This document shows positions 37,483-46,022 of a stretch of DNA of 64,000 nt, piece by piece; positions within the stretch are counted from its first letter, which is position 1, and each line of letters opens with the position of its first letter. Source of the DNA: Sphingobacteriaceae bacterium (GTDB lineage Bacteria; Bacteroidota; Bacteroidia; Sphingobacteriales; Sphingobacteriaceae); the NCBI GenBank assembly GCA_947463785.1, contig CANHRG010000008.1, forward strand, positions 2,636-66,635, read 5' to 3'. A program made the translations under genes and the position numbers. The notes under the pieces are model-generated. The model had not been told where the DNA came from. It did not search any database and was given only the letters and a program-made list of their open reading frames with translations.

Positions 37483-38490
37483 ATGCAATTACGTTACAAA
37501 CCCTTTGAACTTTTGTTGAAATATCCTTTCAGCATTTCAGGGTTTACGCGTACATCAACCCCGCTTATGCTGCTCGAAATTGAGTGCGAAGGGCAAATTG
37601 GTTATGGAGAAGCGTCAATGGTGCCTTACCATGGTGAAAGTGTAGCTACCGCGACAGCATTTCTTTCGAAAGTAAAACTAGACTGGCTCAAATTGCCTTT
37701 TGATTTTGACGAACTTATAGCCTACCTAGATGAGCTTGCTCCCGGAAATCCGAATATCAAAGCCGCAATTGACATTGCGCTTCACGATTTGCAGGAAAAG
37801 TTGGAAGGAAAACCTTGTTACACCTATTTCGGATCAGATCCCGAACAAATGCCAGCAACGTCCATCACCATAGGGATGGACACGCCCGAAGTGATTTTGC
37901 AAAAAGTAAAAGATGCCGAATTAGCTAAAATTTTGAAAGTAAAACTGGGTGGCGAAGCCGATAAACTGCTCATAGAAACCATTCGTTCGGTTTCTAACAA
38001 ACCCTTATTTGTAGATGCAAATCAGGGCTGGAAAGATCGTATTCAAGCTTCAGAAATGATTCATTGGTTGCATGAGCAAGATGTGGTACTGATTGAGCAG
38101 CCCATGGATAAAAACAATTGGGATGATAATGCCTGGGTAAGCGAGCAGAGTCCGATCCCAATTTTAGGTGACGAATCTATCCAACGATTAGCCGATGTAG
38201 AGAAAGCAAAGGGAGTCTATCAAGGAATCAATATCAAATTGATGAAAAGTGCGGGAATGTACGAGGCTTATCAAATGATACAGCGAGCTCGTGAATTAGA
38301 CTTGAAAATATTGATCGGATGTATGAGCGAAACTTCTTGTGCCACACTCGCCGGAGCTGCCCTAGCTCCGCTTTGCGATTGGGCCGATCTTGATGGTCCT
38401 TTTCTGACAAAAAATAACCCATTCCCCAATCCGGACTTTAAGGATGGGAAATGGGTCTTAGCCGATCGTTCGGGTTTAGGCTTAGCTTAA
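37483..38490 (+). CDS. Dipeptide epimerase (L-Ala-D/L-Glu epimerase type, enolase superfamily)
   Basis: MLE-subgroup catalytic pattern: KxK (LKVKLG), metal ligands in VDANQGW, LIEQP and LGDES, and the second Lys in NIKLMK. Confidence 0.85.
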   Translation: MQLRYKPFELLLKYPFSISGFTRTSTPLMLLEIECEGQIGYGEASMVPYHGESVATATAFLSKVKLDWLKLPFDFDELIAYLDELAPGNPNIKAAIDIALHDLQEKLEGKPCYTYFGSDPEQMPATSITIGMDTPEVILQKVKDAELAKILKVKLGGEADKLLIETIRSVSNKPLFVDANQGWKDRIQASEMIHWLHEQDVVLIEQPMDKNNWDDNAWVSEQSPIPILGDESIQRLADVEKAKGVYQGINIKLMKSAGMYEAYQMIQRARELDLKILIGCMSETSCATLAGAALAPLCDWADLDGPFLTKNNPFPNPDFKDGKWVLADRSGLGLA

Positions 38491-39392
38491 TTTCCGCCAA
38501 TTAAAATGGGAGCCGATTTGCCGTTGCCCATGATGATAATTTTGGCATTTGGCGATTGTGCCAATTCTTTTTGTGCCTTAATAGCTTCGTATTGCAACTG
38601 CTTATCGCTTAAACCTGTTGAAAGGATTCGCTGATAATCGGCAATACCTTGTGCTTCTACTCGTTTACGTTCAGCTTCCTGGCGTTCTTTCTGCAAAACG
38701 AAAGTCATTTTCTGAGCTTCTTGTTCGGCATTAATCTTCGATTCGATGGTCTTTTTCACCGATTCTGGAAGCGTGATGTTTCGTACAAGTAATTGTTCTA
38801 GCACCAAACCACGTTTGGCAAAACTTTCACTAATGCTTTTATATATTTTATCTTGAAATTCCTGACGCTTGGTCGAATACAGTGCTACGGCATCGTAATA
38901 AACTGCATTGTCGCGGATGGCTGTGCGACTCACCGGACGAACAATTTTATCGGTATAGTCTTTACCAATTTCTTTTAGGATGCGTGGGGCTTCAGTTGCC
39001 TGAACTTTGTAGAGTACCGATAAATCGATAATCACTTCCAAGCCATCTGCAGATAAAACACGTATTGCATCATCGCCAGCTTTATCACCTTCATCATGAA
39101 CGCCAGACATGGTGTAATTCTGCGTTTTTGTATCAAATGTGGTTACTTCAACCAGTGGATTGATAGCGTTAAGGCCACTGTACAATACATCGTTTTCTAC
39201 TTTTCCGAAGAGTGTCTTTACACCAACCTGGCCTGCATCAATTACTTTGAACATAGAAGTAGATGCCCCAATAACCAATAAAATAATTCCTACAATGCGT
39301 AGTGGTCCGCCGAATTTTTGAACAGGACTTTCAGAACGACTAAATTGTAGACCTAAAATCAGGGATAAAACACCCATAAAAAGTAATACCAT
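38487..39392 (-). CDS. SPFH / band-7 (prohibitin-like) membrane protein
   Basis: Has an N-terminal TM, an SPFH core (GQVGVKTLFGKV...) and a C-terminal coiled-coil (EQEAQKMTFVLQKERQEAERKRVEAQG). Confidence 0.88.
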   Translation of the reverse strand: MVLLFMGVLSLILGLQFSRSESPVQKFGGPLRIVGIILLVIGASTSMFKVIDAGQVGVKTLFGKVENDVLYSGLNAINPLVEVTTFDTKTQNYTMSGVHDEGDKAGDDAIRVLSADGLEVIIDLSVLYKVQATEAPRILKEIGKDYTDKIVRPVSRTAIRDNAVYYDAVALYSTKRQEFQDKIYKSISESFAKRGLVLEQLLVRNITLPESVKKTIESKINAEQEAQKMTFVLQKERQEAERKRVEAQGIADYQRILSTGLSDKQLQYEAIKAQKELAQSPNAKIIIMGNGKSAPILIGGN

Positions 39393-39404
39393 AGTTTTTT
39401 ATTT

Positions 39405-39602
39405 TTAGTTGGTTTTGTTTTCTTTAAAAACCTCCCGGACATTTTTTACCAGTCTGATTTTTAATACAATTAATAAAGTTAGGGCAAATGCTGCGCCTGC
39501 TGTTAATGTATAATGCTGGTTGCTCAAGGCCCAATAAATACAAAGGCCCATCGTAAAAATGCCCAGGTTGAGTAATACATTTAAAATAATCTTTAACCAC
39601 AT
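39405..39602 (-). CDS. Small two-TM membrane protein (65 aa)
   Basis: Two clear hydrophobic helices. It starts 2 nt after the rhodanese stop and ends 12 nt before the SPFH start. Confidence 0.5.
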   Translation of the reverse strand: MWLKIILNVLLNLGIFTMGLCIYWALSNQHYTLTAGAAFALTLLIVLKIRLVKNVREVFKENKTN

Positions 39603-39604
39603 AA

Positions 39605-39919
39605 TTAATACACTTGCATGCCAGGCTCAATTTCGGTAGCCCAAGCTATAATTCCGCCTTTCAAATTGTATAAATTCGTAAAGCCCTGCGTTTCTAATTG
39701 CATAATGGCTGCTGCACTACGTGCACCACTACGGCAATGTACAATCACAGGTTTATCTTTCGCAATTTTATCAGCTTCAATTAAAATTCCACCTAGCGGT
39801 ATGAGTAATCCATTCAGGTTGGATAGTTCAAATTCAAATTCCTCACGCACATCAATCAATTGAAAATCCTCGCCGGCATCTATTTTTTGCTTTAACTCTT
39901 GCACCGTTATTTCATTCAT
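39605..39919 (-). CDS. Single-domain rhodanese-like sulfurtransferase
   Basis: Active-site loop HCRSGARS. I prefer the ATG at 39919 because a TAnnTTTG box lies 18 nt upstream of it. The longer ORF starts at 39949. Confidence 0.82.
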   Translation of the reverse strand: MNEITVQELKQKIDAGEDFQLIDVREEFEFELSNLNGLLIPLGGILIEADKIAKDKPVIVHCRSGARSAAAIMQLETQGFTNLYNLKGGIIAWATEIEPGMQVY

Positions 39920-39937
39920 ATTCTTCAGATTATTACC

Positions 39938-39945
39938 CAAAGTTA
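39938..39945 (-). promoter_or_regulatory. Candidate -7 box (TAACTTTG on the minus strand) for the rhodanese-SPFH operon
   Basis: Exact TAnnTTTG match 18 nt upstream of the ATG at 39919. Confidence 0.4.
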
Positions 39946-39981
39946 TCATTTCAAAGCATCACTTTCATAAAATTCATTTAC

Positions 39982-39996
39982 TATGCTTGCATAATA
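39982..39996. promoter_or_regulatory. Operator-like repeat copy 1 (TATGCTTGCATAATA; inner palindrome TATGC-TT-GCATA)
   Basis: A perfect 15-nt copy of the sequence at 40019-40033, positioned where a -33 element would be. Confidence 0.55.
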
Positions 39997-40009
39997 AAAA
40001 ACTCTTACT

Positions 40010-40017
40010 TAAATTTG
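40010..40017 (+). promoter_or_regulatory. Candidate -7 promoter box (TAAATTTG) for the marR-fad operon
   Basis: Exact TAnnTTTG match 19 nt upstream of the ATG at 40037. Confidence 0.5.
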
Positions 40018-40018
40018 T

Positions 40019-40033
40019 TATGCTTGCATAATA
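40019..40033. promoter_or_regulatory. Operator-like repeat copy 2 (TATGCTTGCATAATA; extended palindrome TTATGC-TT-GCATAA)
   Basis: A perfect 15-nt repeat lying between the -7 box and the marR ATG, across the expected transcription start. Confidence 0.55.
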
Positions 40034-40036
40034 TTC

Positions 40037-40471
40037 ATGAAGCCCGAAGAAACCATTGATTTTCATCTAAAAGTAGTTTGGCAAAACATTGCTAATACGT
40101 ACAACCAATTAGCGTCTGCTTTTGGAATTACTCAGGCTTTGGGTTATGCACTCATTAATGTGCAAGAAGATGGAACCGCGGTTACACAAATTGCCAACTT
40201 GTTGGGAGTTAAATCAACTAGTCTTTCACGAATGTTGAATAACATGGAGACTCTGGGTTTGATTTACCGTAAAGTGGATGAAAAAGATAAACGTTCTGTC
40301 AAAATCTATCTTACCGATTTTGGTAAAGAGAAGAAGAAACTGGCCAAGAAGGTGGTGCGGAATTTCAATGAATATTTGAATGAGCACCTCGACGCTAAAG
40401 AAAAACAGCAGTTGATTGCTGCTTTGCAAAAAATTAACGAATTAACATTGGGTTATCAACCCGCCACATAA
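40037..40471 (+). CDS. MarR-family transcriptional regulator
   Basis: Winged-HTH pattern (VTQIANLLGVKSTSLSRMLNNMETLGLIYRKVDEKDKRSVKIYLT). It is 144 aa and ends 2 nt before the fadB-like gene. Confidence 0.88.
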   Translation: MKPEETIDFHLKVVWQNIANTYNQLASAFGITQALGYALINVQEDGTAVTQIANLLGVKSTSLSRMLNNMETLGLIYRKVDEKDKRSVKIYLTDFGKEKKKLAKKVVRNFNEYLNEHLDAKEKQQLIAALQKINELTLGYQPAT

Positions 40472-40473
40472 CT

Positions 40474-42879
40474 ATGAAAAGAACCATCAGAAAAGTAGCC
40501 GTTTTGGGTTCAGGGATTATGGGCTCACGCATTGCTTGCCACTTTGCCAACATTGGCGTTGAGGTATTGTTGCTTGATATTGCCCCGAAAGAGGTAACTG
40601 CCGACGAGCAAGCCAAAGCCCTTAGTTTAGAGCATGCTGCAGTACGTAACCGTATTGTGAATGCAGCTTTAGATACAGCCATTAAATCCAATCCTTCGCC
40701 CATTTTTACCAAGCGTTCGCTCTCGCGGATCAGTACCGGCAATTTTGAGGATAATATGAAAGATATTGCCACATGCGATTGGACCATCGAAGTGGTAGTA
40801 GAAAATCTGGATATCAAGAAAAAGGTTTACGATCAGGTAGAACAATTCCGTAAACCGGGCACACTGATTACATCCAATACTTCGGGTATTCCTATTCATT
40901 TGATGGCCGAAGGCCGTTCTGAAGAATTTAAAAAGCATTTCTGCGGAACGCACTTTTTCAATCCCCCACGCTATTTGCGTTTATTGGAAATTATTCCAAC
41001 TCCAGATACCGATCCGGAGATTGTAGATTTTCTGATGCATTATGGCGATCAGTTTCTGGGTAAAACTACCGTTATGTGTAAAGATACACCGGCATTTATT
41101 GCAAACCGCGTGGGAGTGTATTCCATCATGGCTCTATTGCATTTGGTGGAGAAAATGGATTTGAAAGTTGAGGAGGTAGATAAATATACTGGTCCGGTAT
41201 TAGGCCGTCCAAAATCAGCAACGTTCCGAACTACCGATGTGGTTGGTTTAGATACCATGATTAATGTTGCAGGTGGTTTATATCAGAACTTACCCAACGA
41301 CAAAGCACATGAACTTTTCCAGTTGCCGGGCTACGTTAAAAAAATGAAAGAGAACAATTGGTTGGGCGATAAAACCAAACAAGGGTTCTATAAAAAGGTA
41401 AAAGGCGAAAATGGCAAGAGCGAAATTTTAGCTCTCGACCTTAAAACGATGGAATACCGTCCGCAGGAAAAAATAAAATCGGCTACGCTAGAAATGCTCA
41501 AACCGATTGAAAACCTGCGTGACCGAATGAAAGCCTACGCCAAAGGAACAGATCGTGCAGGAGAATTTTTCCGCACATCTTTCTTTGGCCTTTTTGAATA
41601 CGTGTCTGATCGAATCCCTGAAATTTCAGATGAACTCTACCGCATTGACGATGCCATGCGTGCCGGTTTTGGTTGGGAGCTAGGTCCCTTCGAAGTTTGG
41701 GATGCCATTGGCGTAAAAGAGGCTGTAGAGGGAATGAAAGCCCTTGGAAACGAAGCCGCTCCTTGGGTACACGAAATGTTGGCGGCTGGCCACACCTCAT
41801 TCTACCAAATTGTAAATGGGGTTAAAAAATATTACGACATCCCTACAAAAACCTATAAAACCGTTCCTGGAACTGATGCCTTTATCATTTTAGACAACAT
41901 CCGCCCTACTTCTACCATTTGGAAAAACGCCGGAACTACCATCACCGACCTAGGTGATGGTATCATCAACCTGGAGTTTCATACCAAGATGAATACCATT
42001 GGTGGTGACGTGATTCAAGGAATTAACAAAGCCATCGATCTTGCTGAAAAAGATTATCGAGGTTTGGTTATTGGAAACGATGGAGCCAATTTCTCTGCCG
42101 GAGCCAATATCGGCATGATATTCATGGCCGCTATAGAGCAAGAATGGGATGAAATTAACTTAGCCATCCGTACGTTCCAGAATACCTCTATGCGTTTACG
42201 TTACTCATCCATTCCGGTTGTACTTGCTCCACACAACCTAACCTTAGGCGGTGGTTGTGAATTTTCCTTACATGCCGATCATGTGCAAATTAATGCCGAA
42301 ACCTATATGGGCTTGGTAGAGTTTGGTGTTGGATTAATTCCGGGAGGTGGCGGTACCAAAGAATTCGCTTTGCGTGTTTCCGATGAATTAAAAGACGGTC
42401 AAATAGATCAAAATGTCTTGAAAGATCGTTTCTTAACCATTGCTATGGCAAAAGTTTCTACTTCGGGAGCCGAAGCTGCAGACTTAGGCTATTTGCAAGC
42501 AGGTAAATACGACATCACGATGAACCGAAGCCGTTTATTGGCCGATGCCAAAGCAAAAGCACTTGAATTGGCTGAAGCCGGTTACACGCAGCCGGTTCGC
42601 CGTAAAGACATCAAAGTTTTGGGTAAATCTGGTTTGGGTATTGTTTACGCCGGAGCCAATTCCATGTATGCCGGTAACTACATTTCTGAGCACGATAAAA
42701 AGATCTCCGAAAAGTTAGGTTATGTAATGTGTGGAGGCGATTTGTCGGCACCGACTATTGTGTCGGAGCAATACTTGCTCGACCTTGAGCGTGAAGCCTT
42801 TTTATCGCTTTGCGGAGAAAAGAAAACTTTAGAACGTATACAAAGTATTTTAACCAAAGGGAAGCCTTTGAGAAATTAA
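40474..42879 (+). CDS. Bifunctional 3-hydroxyacyl-CoA dehydrogenase / enoyl-CoA hydratase (dehydrogenase domain first)
   Basis: Has an N-terminal Rossmann fold (KVAVLGSGIMGSRIA) and HCDH motifs, plus a C-terminal crotonase-like domain (GANFSAGANIG...GGGCEF). It is 801 aa. Confidence 0.9.
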   Translation: MKRTIRKVAVLGSGIMGSRIACHFANIGVEVLLLDIAPKEVTADEQAKALSLEHAAVRNRIVNAALDTAIKSNPSPIFTKRSLSRISTGNFEDNMKDIATCDWTIEVVVENLDIKKKVYDQVEQFRKPGTLITSNTSGIPIHLMAEGRSEEFKKHFCGTHFFNPPRYLRLLEIIPTPDTDPEIVDFLMHYGDQFLGKTTVMCKDTPAFIANRVGVYSIMALLHLVEKMDLKVEEVDKYTGPVLGRPKSATFRTTDVVGLDTMINVAGGLYQNLPNDKAHELFQLPGYVKKMKENNWLGDKTKQGFYKKVKGENGKSEILALDLKTMEYRPQEKIKSATLEMLKPIENLRDRMKAYAKGTDRAGEFFRTSFFGLFEYVSDRIPEISDELYRIDDAMRAGFGWELGPFEVWDAIGVKEAVEGMKALGNEAAPWVHEMLAAGHTSFYQIVNGVKKYYDIPTKTYKTVPGTDAFIILDNIRPTSTIWKNAGTTITDLGDGIINLEFHTKMNTIGGDVIQGINKAIDLAEKDYRGLVIGNDGANFSAGANIGMIFMAAIEQEWDEINLAIRTFQNTSMRLRYSSIPVVLAPHNLTLGGGCEFSLHADHVQINAETYMGLVEFGVGLIPGGGGTKEFALRVSDELKDGQIDQNVLKDRFLTIAMAKVSTSGAEAADLGYLQAGKYDITMNRSRLLADAKAKALELAEAGYTQPVRRKDIKVLGKSGLGIVYAGANSMYAGNYISEHDKKISEKLGYVMCGGDLSAPTIVSEQYLLDLEREAFLSLCGEKKTLERIQSILTKGKPLRN

Positions 42880-42889
42880 TATTGAAACC

Positions 42890-44068
42890 ATGCAAGAAGC
42901 ATATATCATAGCAGGATACCGCACGGCGGTGGGGAAGGCCCCAAAAGGTGTTTTTCGCTTTATGCGTGCCGATGATTTGGCCGCTGAGGTAGTGAGAGGA
43001 TTGGTTGCCTCGGTTCCTAATTTGGATAAGGATCAAATCGACGATGTGATTGTAGGTAATGCCACACCAGAAGCGGAGCAGGGCTTGAATATTGCCCGGA
43101 TGATTTCTTTGATGGGGCTTGATACCGATAAAGTTCCGGGGGTAACCGTTAACCGTTACTGTGCATCCGGATTGGAGACAATTGCCACAGCAGTCGCTAA
43201 AATTCGTTCCGGCATGGCAAATTGTATCATTGCCGGTGGGGTGGAAGTGATGTCGGGCATGCCTTTTGGCGGATGGAAACTCGTCCCTAACCCGGAAGTA
43301 GCAAAGAATCATTCCGATTGGTATTGGGGTATGGGTTTAACGGCAGAGGCCGTGGCCAAAGAATTTGAAGTAAGCCGTGAAGCGCAAGATGAATTTGCCT
43401 ATCATTCGCATCAAAAAGCTATTAAAGCCATTCAAAATGGTCATTTGAAAGATGGCGTTCTGCCCATAACCGTAAAGGAAAATTACCTGGATGAAAATCT
43501 GAAAAAGAAAACCCGCGAATATGTGGTAGATACCGATGAAGGCCCACGAGCCGATACCAGTATCGAAAAATTGGCTAAACTAAAACCGGTTTTTGCTGCT
43601 AATGGTTCTATTACTGCCGGGAATTCCTCACAAACTTCAGACGGTGCGGCATTTGTTTTGATTGTTTCTGAAGAAATGCTCAAAAAATTGAATGTTCAGC
43701 CAATTGCCCGTTTGGTAAGTTATGGTGTAGCTGGCGTTCCGCCGCGAATTATGGGTATTGGTCCGGTAGAAGCCATTCCTTTGGCGTTGAAAAACGCCGG
43801 TATGAAACAGTATCAATTGGATTTGATCGAGTTGAACGAAGCTTTTGCCTCACAATCGCTGGCGATTATCAATAAACTCGGATTGAACAAAGAGTTCGTC
43901 AACGTGAATGGAGGAGCCATTGCATTGGGTCACCCGCTGGGTTGTACCGGTGCTAAGCTTACCGTTCAACTAATGCATGAATTAAAACGACAACATAAAA
44001 AATACGGCATGGTAACCATGTGTGTGGGAACTGGCCAGGGAGCAGCAGGAATTTTTGAACTCCTATAA
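42890..44068 (+). CDS. Acetyl-CoA C-acyltransferase (3-ketoacyl-CoA thiolase)
   Basis: Thiolase active sites are present: NRYCASGLE, NEAFA and GHPLGCTGA. Confidence 0.93.
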   Translation: MQEAYIIAGYRTAVGKAPKGVFRFMRADDLAAEVVRGLVASVPNLDKDQIDDVIVGNATPEAEQGLNIARMISLMGLDTDKVPGVTVNRYCASGLETIATAVAKIRSGMANCIIAGGVEVMSGMPFGGWKLVPNPEVAKNHSDWYWGMGLTAEAVAKEFEVSREAQDEFAYHSHQKAIKAIQNGHLKDGVLPITVKENYLDENLKKKTREYVVDTDEGPRADTSIEKLAKLKPVFAANGSITAGNSSQTSDGAAFVLIVSEEMLKKLNVQPIARLVSYGVAGVPPRIMGIGPVEAIPLALKNAGMKQYQLDLIELNEAFASQSLAIINKLGLNKEFVNVNGGAIALGHPLGCTGAKLTVQLMHELKRQHKKYGMVTMCVGTGQGAAGIFELL

Positions 44069-44116
44069 TTAGAAATTATCAAGTTTAATAAGACTTAATC
44101 ATAAGATTTTAAGGCA

Positions 44117-45904
44117 ATGGAAGCAACAAAAAATGCCATAAAAGGTGGCGAATTCATCATCAAAGAAACGGAAGCAGCCGATGTATTTATTCCTGAAGAG
44201 TTTGATGAAGAGCAATTAATGATCAAAAAAACCTGTGAAGATTTTTTAGAAGCAGAGGTTTATCCCAATTTAGACCGCATTGATAAGCTGGAAGAAGGCT
44301 TAATGCCCAACTTATTGGACAAAGCTGGTGAATTGGGTTTATTGGCGGTATCTATTCCGGAAGAATATGGAGGCTTTGGCAAGAATTTCAACACCTCTAT
44401 GTTGGTTGCCGATATTTTAGGTGCAGGTCATTCTTTCGCGGTAGCCATTTCTGCACATACCGGTATCGGTACGCTGCCTATTTTGTATTACGGAAACGAA
44501 GCCCAAAAGGCAAAATATATTCCTAAACTGGCAAGTGGAGAGTGGAAAGCATCCTATTGTTTAACCGAGCCAAACTCGGGTTCTGATGCCAATTCCGGAC
44601 GTACTAAAGCGGTACTCAATAAGGAGGGAACTCACTATTTGATTACCGGGCAGAAAATGTGGATTACCAATGGAGGTTTTGCCGATGTGTTTATCGTGTT
44701 TGCCAAAATTGAAGACGACGAAAATCTGACTGCATTTATTGTAGAGAAAGATTTTGGCGGAATTACCATGAACCCTGAAGAACATAAAATGGGTATCAAG
44801 GGATCTTCTACCCGCCAAGTGTTCTTCAACGATTGCCCTGTACCGGTAGAAAACATGCTTTCTGAGCGTCAAAACGGCTTTAAAATTGCCGTAAACATCC
44901 TGAACATCGGCCGGATCAAGCTAGGTGCCGCGGCCATTGGTTCATCCCGTAAGGTCATTGACCACGCTATCAATTATGCCAACGAACGGGTGCAATTCAA
45001 ATTGCCGATTTCGAAATTTGGAGCCATACGTTACAAATTTGCCGAGATGGCCGTACGTAATTTTGCCATTGAGAGTGCTGCTTACCGTGCCGGCCAGAAC
45101 ATTGATGATGCCTACGATGCCTTGGTAGCCGGAGGTATGGAAGCGGGTAAAGCCAAATTGAAATCTACGGAGGAATTTGCCGTTGAGTGCGCCATTTTGA
45201 AGGTTTGGGGTTCAGAAATGTTGGATTATGTGGTAGATGAAGGTGTTCAAATTTATGGTGGTATGGGTTATTCGGCCGAGGCACCAATGGATCGTGCTTA
45301 TCGCGATAGCCGTATCAACCGGATTTTTGAAGGAACCAACGAAATTAACCGCTTGCTAATTGTGGATATGCTTTTGAAGCGTGCCATGAAAGGTGAACTT
45401 GATTTGATGGGTCCTGCCCAGGCCGTAGCTGCAGAGCTCATGTCGATTCCTGATTTTGGTGAGGAAGACGAAAGTTTATTTGCAGCGGAGAAGAAAATTC
45501 TGAAAAACCTGAAAAAAGCAGGTTTGATGGTTGCCGGATCAGCGGTGCAGAAACTCATGATGAGTTTGGCCAAGGAGCAGGAAATCTTAATGAACATCGC
45601 AGACATTATTGGTTATGTGTACGTAGCCGAATCTACACTGTTAAGAGTAGAAAAATTGGTTCAGAGTCGTGGAGAAGAAGCAGTTCAGGGCCAGTTGGAC
45701 ATTATGCGCATCTATTTGCATGAAGCAGTTGATAAAGTGTATTTAGCGGGTAAAGAAGCATTGAATTCTTTTGCTGAAGGCGATGAATTGAGCATGATGT
45801 TGGTAGGCTTACGCCGATTCACGAAAGTTCAGCCGTTTAATATCAAAGATGCTCGTCAGCGTATTGCCAAAAAACTGATAGATGCCAACCAATACTGTTA
45901 TTAA
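44117..45904 (+). CDS. Acyl-CoA dehydrogenase (long form, ~595 aa)
   Basis: ACAD motifs are present (CLTEPNSGSD, YRDSRINRIFEGTNEI), followed by an extra C-terminal helical domain. Confidence 0.9.
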   Translation: MEATKNAIKGGEFIIKETEAADVFIPEEFDEEQLMIKKTCEDFLEAEVYPNLDRIDKLEEGLMPNLLDKAGELGLLAVSIPEEYGGFGKNFNTSMLVADILGAGHSFAVAISAHTGIGTLPILYYGNEAQKAKYIPKLASGEWKASYCLTEPNSGSDANSGRTKAVLNKEGTHYLITGQKMWITNGGFADVFIVFAKIEDDENLTAFIVEKDFGGITMNPEEHKMGIKGSSTRQVFFNDCPVPVENMLSERQNGFKIAVNILNIGRIKLGAAAIGSSRKVIDHAINYANERVQFKLPISKFGAIRYKFAEMAVRNFAIESAAYRAGQNIDDAYDALVAGGMEAGKAKLKSTEEFAVECAILKVWGSEMLDYVVDEGVQIYGGMGYSAEAPMDRAYRDSRINRIFEGTNEINRLLIVDMLLKRAMKGELDLMGPAQAVAAELMSIPDFGEEDESLFAAEKKILKNLKKAGLMVAGSAVQKLMMSLAKEQEILMNIADIIGYVYVAESTLLRVEKLVQSRGEEAVQGQLDIMRIYLHEAVDKVYLAGKEALNSFAEGDELSMMLVGLRRFTKVQPFNIKDARQRIAKKLIDANQYCY

Positions 45905-45929
45905 TATTCGGATTACTGGTAATAATCGT

Positions 45930-45958
45930 AGCCGCTCCTACATGGGGCGGCTTTTTTG
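45930..45958 (+). terminator. Rho-independent terminator of the fad operon
   Basis: A 9-bp stem AGCCGCTCC/GGGGCGGCT with one G-U pair, a loop TACAT, then T6. Confidence 0.75.
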
Positions 45959-45998
45959 TTAATTAATGTTAAGTCGTCGTTTTTTACGTTTAAATAGA

Positions 45999-46006
45999 TA
46001 AATTTG
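45999..46006 (+). promoter_or_regulatory. Candidate -7 promoter box (TAAATTTG) for the FKBP gene
   Basis: Exact TAnnTTTG match 16 nt upstream of the ATG at 46023. Confidence 0.45.
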
Positions 46007-46022
46007 TAGCTTAATATTTAAA

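Noticed and set aside
39424-39630. An alternative 68-aa ORF overlapping the 65-aa two-TM gene in another frame.
   Set aside because: It overlaps the rhodanese 3' end and its translation is Cys/Gly-rich without hydrophobic helices. The 39405-39602 frame gives two clean TM helices and operon-like spacing.
42755-43312. A 185-aa ORF on the minus strand, antisense to the thiolase gene. Similar long antisense ORFs occur at 28907-29425, 40434-40817, 27762-28145 and 1418-1783.
   Set aside because: Each lies wholly inside a gene with strong, motif-supported coding on the other strand. Their translations are low-complexity, Cys/His/Arg-rich and match no family. They are typical shadow ORFs.
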